A stretch of 52,039 nucleotides of DNA from an uncultured Candidatus Saccharibacteria bacterium (GTDB lineage Bacteria; Patescibacteriota; Minisyncoccia; Minisyncoccales; GWA2-38-27), in NCBI GenBank assembly GCA_964509645.1, contig CAZDXV010000003.1, forward strand, positions 1 to 52,039, given 5' to 3'. Below the pieces are notes generated by a model that was given only the letters and a program-made list of their open reading frames with translations, did no database searches and was not told where the DNA came from. Positions 52,024 to 52,039 of the stretch are shown piece after piece. The stretch's first letter is position 1; each line of letters starts with the position of its first letter. A program made the position numbers and the translations under genes.

Positions 52024-52039
52024 TTTCTTCTCTCTTTTC

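Overview
This window comes from a low-GC (roughly 33-36 % by eye), gene-dense bacterial genome with features I associate with Candidate Phyla Radiation / Patescibacteria-type organisms. Those features are tRNA genes without an encoded 3' CCA next to a cca gene, many K/E-rich low-complexity proteins, short-form housekeeping proteins, and frequent ATGA start/stop overlaps.

Core content:
- A replication-origin-proximal block: dnaN<-dnaA, divergent from rpmH-rnpA-yidD-yidC-jag.
- RNA and translation genes: cca, four tRNAs, rpsO-(NYN nuclease)-pnp, ksgA, tyrS.
- Cell-wall genes: class A PBP, LysM-M23 peptidase, a PG_binding_1 protein.
- Recombination and regulation genes: ruvC, yebC, a DksA/TraR-like zinc finger, a NUDIX hydrolase.

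Accessory content:
1. A ~12 kb minus-strand operon (19975-31968). It encodes a PrgI/VirB3-like membrane protein, an apparently split VirB4-like ATPase, a small polytopic membrane protein and three tandem paralogous pilin-like proteins. The VirB4 P-loop is interrupted by a ~664-aa intein with a LAGLIDADG homing endonuclease. One pilin-like protein is a 1439-aa giant built from about twenty ~40-aa repeats flanked by Cys-rich modules. A further pilin-like paralog (2176-3045) and a VirB6/TrbL-like polytopic protein (11721-13970) lie elsewhere in the window. This looks like a type-IV-secretion-derived pilus or attachment apparatus.
2. A glycosylation island (37608-44218): a Dpm1-like GT2, a LAB_N membrane protein, a truncated UDP-sugar dehydrogenase, a GT39 PMT-like mannosyltransferase and two further GT-C-like membrane proteins. 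This suggests protein O-mannosylation.
3. Large surface proteins with somatomedin-B-like Cys modules, a PT linker, an FN3-like domain, a PEP-CTERM sorting signal and a lamin-tail domain.
4. Two compositionally foreign (GC-rich) genes: an SPFH/band-7 protein and a secreted alpha/beta hydrolase with TPR repeats.

No rRNA, CRISPR array, transposase or reverse transcriptase is visible.
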